Shown piece after piece: positions 62,138-64,000 of a DNA stretch of 64,000 bases (within the stretch, counting starts at the first letter, position 1; every line of letters starts with the position of its first letter). The DNA comes from Bacteriovoracaceae bacterium UBA4096 (GTDB lineage Bacteria; Bdellovibrionota; Bacteriovoracia; Bacteriovoracales; Bacteriovoracaceae), in assembly GCA_002381945.1 (NCBI GenBank), contig DFXY01000004.1:24824-88823 (forward strand), written 5' to 3'. The notes beneath the pieces were generated by a model. The model made no database searches. It was not told where the DNA came from and saw only the letters and a list, made by a program, of their open reading frames with translations. The translations under genes were made by a program, and so were the position numbers.

Positions 62138-62163
62138 AGAGAAGGCCCTTCGGGGCCTTCTCT
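62138..62163 (+). terminator. Rho-independent terminator
   Basis: AGAGAAGGCCC-TTCG-GGGCCTTCTCT, an 11-bp stem with a tetraloop. Confidence 0.7.
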
Positions 62164-62180
62164 TGTGCTAACATCAAAAG

Positions 62181-63167
62181 ATGACTAGCGCTCTCATCAA
62201 TTTATTAAACGAGACCAGACAAAATATACCGGTCTGCACACCTCCCCTTTGGGCACAAACGGGCCATCTTCAAACCATCCTTGGGCATCTGATACCATCT
62301 GAAAAAATCTCAGAACCAGGCATCACTTTGAATGTGACACTGGAAAAAGAAACTGAACGCATTCACTCTACCTATCTTGAAGGCACGACCAAAACCGTAG
62401 TTTATCTGTTTCACGGGCTCGGTGGCTCAGCGGAGGGCTCCTACATGCAGCGAACCGCTTTAAGAGCGAGGAGCTTAGACCATCATGTCTTTATAAATAA
62501 TCATAGAGGTTGTGGCCAAGGTGCAGGTCTGGCCATGGAACCCTATCATTCGGGGCGGGCGGAAGATCTCTCTAAGGTCATTGAATATGGCCGTGCCATG
62601 ATGCCAGAACATAAGCATATTGCCATTGGTTTTAGCCTGAGTGCCAATGCACTTCTTCTTCTGGCCGCAAAACCTCACCTCACTCAACCGGATTATGCCA
62701 TTGCCGTTAACGGACCTATTAATTTGGACCGGGCCTCAATCTTTCTCCAGAAAGGGTTGAATAAAATTTATGATCGAAGATTCACGCAAGAACTAAAGAC
62801 TTATATGAAGATTAACCGACCTCAAGACATAGGGGACTTTTCACTGGTTAAAGACTTACGTGATTTTGATGAACGCTACACCGCACCTCTGGGTGGTTTT
62901 AAAAATCGTGAGGATTATTATCAGACTTGTTCGGCCAAACAGTATCTTCCAAAAATCAACATACCGACTGTTATCATTACAGCAGAGGATGACCCTTTTG
63001 TGAGTATCCAGGACTACCAAGAGGCAACTTATTCACCATCAACAATCGTTCATATTGAAAAGCATGGTGGGCATATGGGTTATTTGACGAAAAAGGGTCT
63101 GGGTTGCAAGCGCTGGTTAGATTTAGCTCTCGATGCCTATCTGAAGGCCTTTACCGCTGGCAACTAA
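62181..63167 (+). CDS. Alpha/beta-fold hydrolase (YheT-like)
   Basis: 328 aa. 'VYLFHGLGGS', nucleophile elbow 'GFSLSAN', 'AEDDPF' and 'HGGHMG'. Confidence 0.75.
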   Translation: MTSALINLLNETRQNIPVCTPPLWAQTGHLQTILGHLIPSEKISEPGITLNVTLEKETERIHSTYLEGTTKTVVYLFHGLGGSAEGSYMQRTALRARSLDHHVFINNHRGCGQGAGLAMEPYHSGRAEDLSKVIEYGRAMMPEHKHIAIGFSLSANALLLLAAKPHLTQPDYAIAVNGPINLDRASIFLQKGLNKIYDRRFTQELKTYMKINRPQDIGDFSLVKDLRDFDERYTAPLGGFKNREDYYQTCSAKQYLPKINIPTVIITAEDDPFVSIQDYQEATYSPSTIVHIEKHGGHMGYLTKKGLGCKRWLDLALDAYLKAFTAGN

Positions 63168-64000
63168 TCAATATCTACAATAATCTTCTGACCTGCAAAA
63201 ATAATATTTTTCCTGAGAGCATTTATTTTCTGCAATACAGGTACTGGTTGATTGAATTTCCGCGCAATCTTACTCAAGTGATCACCGGGTCTCACGGTGT
63301 AAACACCACGTTTCGTATTTGGGAGGATGATTTTTTGTCCCACATAAATCCGCTTGGAACGCAAATTGTTTTCTTTTACAATTTTGCTCTGGCTTATGCC
63401 AAACAAATTGGCAAGACTTGAAAGATTATCTCCCCTTCGAACTTTGTAAGTAATCGGCCGGTAATTGGCCACTTTCTTAATTTTAGCGGCCTTACCAGAA
63501 ACAACGATCCTCTGACCAACTCTTAGTTTTGACCGCCAGGAATTGAGATTATTGAGTCTAGCTAGATTTCCTGCGGAGGTACTATACTTTCGGGCCAGTT
63601 GCAGTAGCGTCTCCCCTCTTCTTACCCGGTGGTGTGTATTTTTCGCTGTTCTTCGTATGACATCTCTTCGTGAATGTCGAAAGTCTGGAGCATTTAACAA
63701 AGAGCCAAGACCTCTGGGTATTCTGATTTGATAAGTGCCGCTATAGAACCTGGGAGTCTTGCCCCTTTTGAGCTCAGGATTTAATTTCTTTAGCAATGCC
63801 AGTTTGATTTTTAGCTGATGGGATATTTTCCTTAAGGATAGATTCTTCCTGATTGGCCTAAGCTCAGTCTCATCAAAGATCCGATTATCTTTTTTGGGCA
63901 GATTAAAACCATACTTTTCAGCATTACTAAAGATGTGCATGGCCGCCAGAACTTTCGGTACATAATTGATGGTTTCAGAAGGGAGAAACTTTCTTCTGGA
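63164..64000 (-). CDS. mltD: Membrane-bound lytic murein transglycosylase D-like protein, C-terminal part with three LysM repeats (5' end lies outside the window)
   Basis: The frame stays open upstream of the listed Met to nt 64000 ('..ETINYVPKVLAAMHIFSNAEKYGF', as in MltD). LysM repeats start at 'HRVRRGETLLQLARKY', 'YKVRRGDNLSSLANLF' and 'YTVRPGDHLSKIARKF'. Confidence 0.8.
   Translation of the reverse strand, partial: SRRKFLPSETINYVPKVLAAMHIFSNAEKYGFNLPKKDNRIFDETELRPIRKNLSLRKISHQLKIKLALLKKLNPELKRGKTPRFYSGTYQIRIPRGLGSLLNAPDFRHSRRDVIRRTAKNTHHRVRRGETLLQLARKYSTSAGNLARLNNLNSWRSKLRVGQRIVVSGKAAKIKKVANYRPITYKVRRGDNLSSLANLFGISQSKIVKENNLRSKRIYVGQKIILPNTKRGVYTVRPGDHLSKIARKFNQPVPVLQKINALRKNIIFAGQKIIVDID

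Noticed and set aside
1-64000. Search for CRISPR arrays, tRNA or rRNA genes, IS elements, integrases, prophage genes and toxin-antitoxin pairs.
   Set aside because: I found no repeat-spacer periodicity, no cloverleaf-like sequence in the intergenic gaps, and no transposase, integrase or phage-like ORFs. The window looks chromosomal and non-mobile. An eye scan cannot fully exclude small RNAs.

Overview
This is a 64-kb chromosomal window from an AT-rich Gram-negative bacterium. OmpW, TolC-type outer-membrane factors and a LysM/MltD-type transglycosylase show the Gram-negative envelope. The taxon cannot be fixed from sequence alone; the gene style is reminiscent of Bdellovibrio-like organisms, but that is a guess.

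I support about 65 protein-coding genes at high coding density. I saw no rRNA, tRNA, CRISPR array, transposase or integrase.

Gene content, left to right:
- Truncated Na+/solute symporter.
- Secreted HExxH protein coupled to a secreted 4-Cys two-domain protein, which has a paralogue 10 kb away.
- caa3-type cytochrome c oxidase operon (CuA/cyt-c subunit II, fused subunit I+III, small subunit, CtaG, trihaem cytochrome c).
- BON protein.
- Orphan sensor kinase.
- CDF metal exporter operon.
- OmpW.
- SulP-DabA-DabB inorganic-carbon uptake operon.
- Receiver-GH15 gene pair.
- ahpCF.
- ABC-2 exporter.
- Hemerythrin plus two MCPs, one carrying a periplasmic CxxCH haem motif.
- A PRPP-centred module: divergent Prs, kinase-like protein, PRTase and a DUF1540 protein.
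- Orphan ParB-like protein.
- Fluoride riboswitch driving a short CLC plus inorganic pyrophosphatase.
- HPF and a CBS-pair protein.
- A 19-kb block of 17 genes, all on the minus strand, dominated by metal handling. It holds two HME-RND systems (one without any recognisable periplasmic adaptor), a Cys/His-rich small protein, MgtC, FIST plus a histidine kinase, a 17-Cys four-helix-bundle protein, a BON protein, and a MerR-receiver-membrane-esterase-porin operon.
- Several secreted hypothetical proteins, an alpha/beta hydrolase and a truncated MltD-like gene.

The leads I rate highest are:
- the fluoride riboswitch operon;
- the SulP-DabAB cluster;
- the adaptor-less RND operon with its two uncharacterised small secreted proteins;
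- the PRPP module;
- the MerR-receiver operon.

All functional calls come from motifs I could read in the translations. No database search was run.
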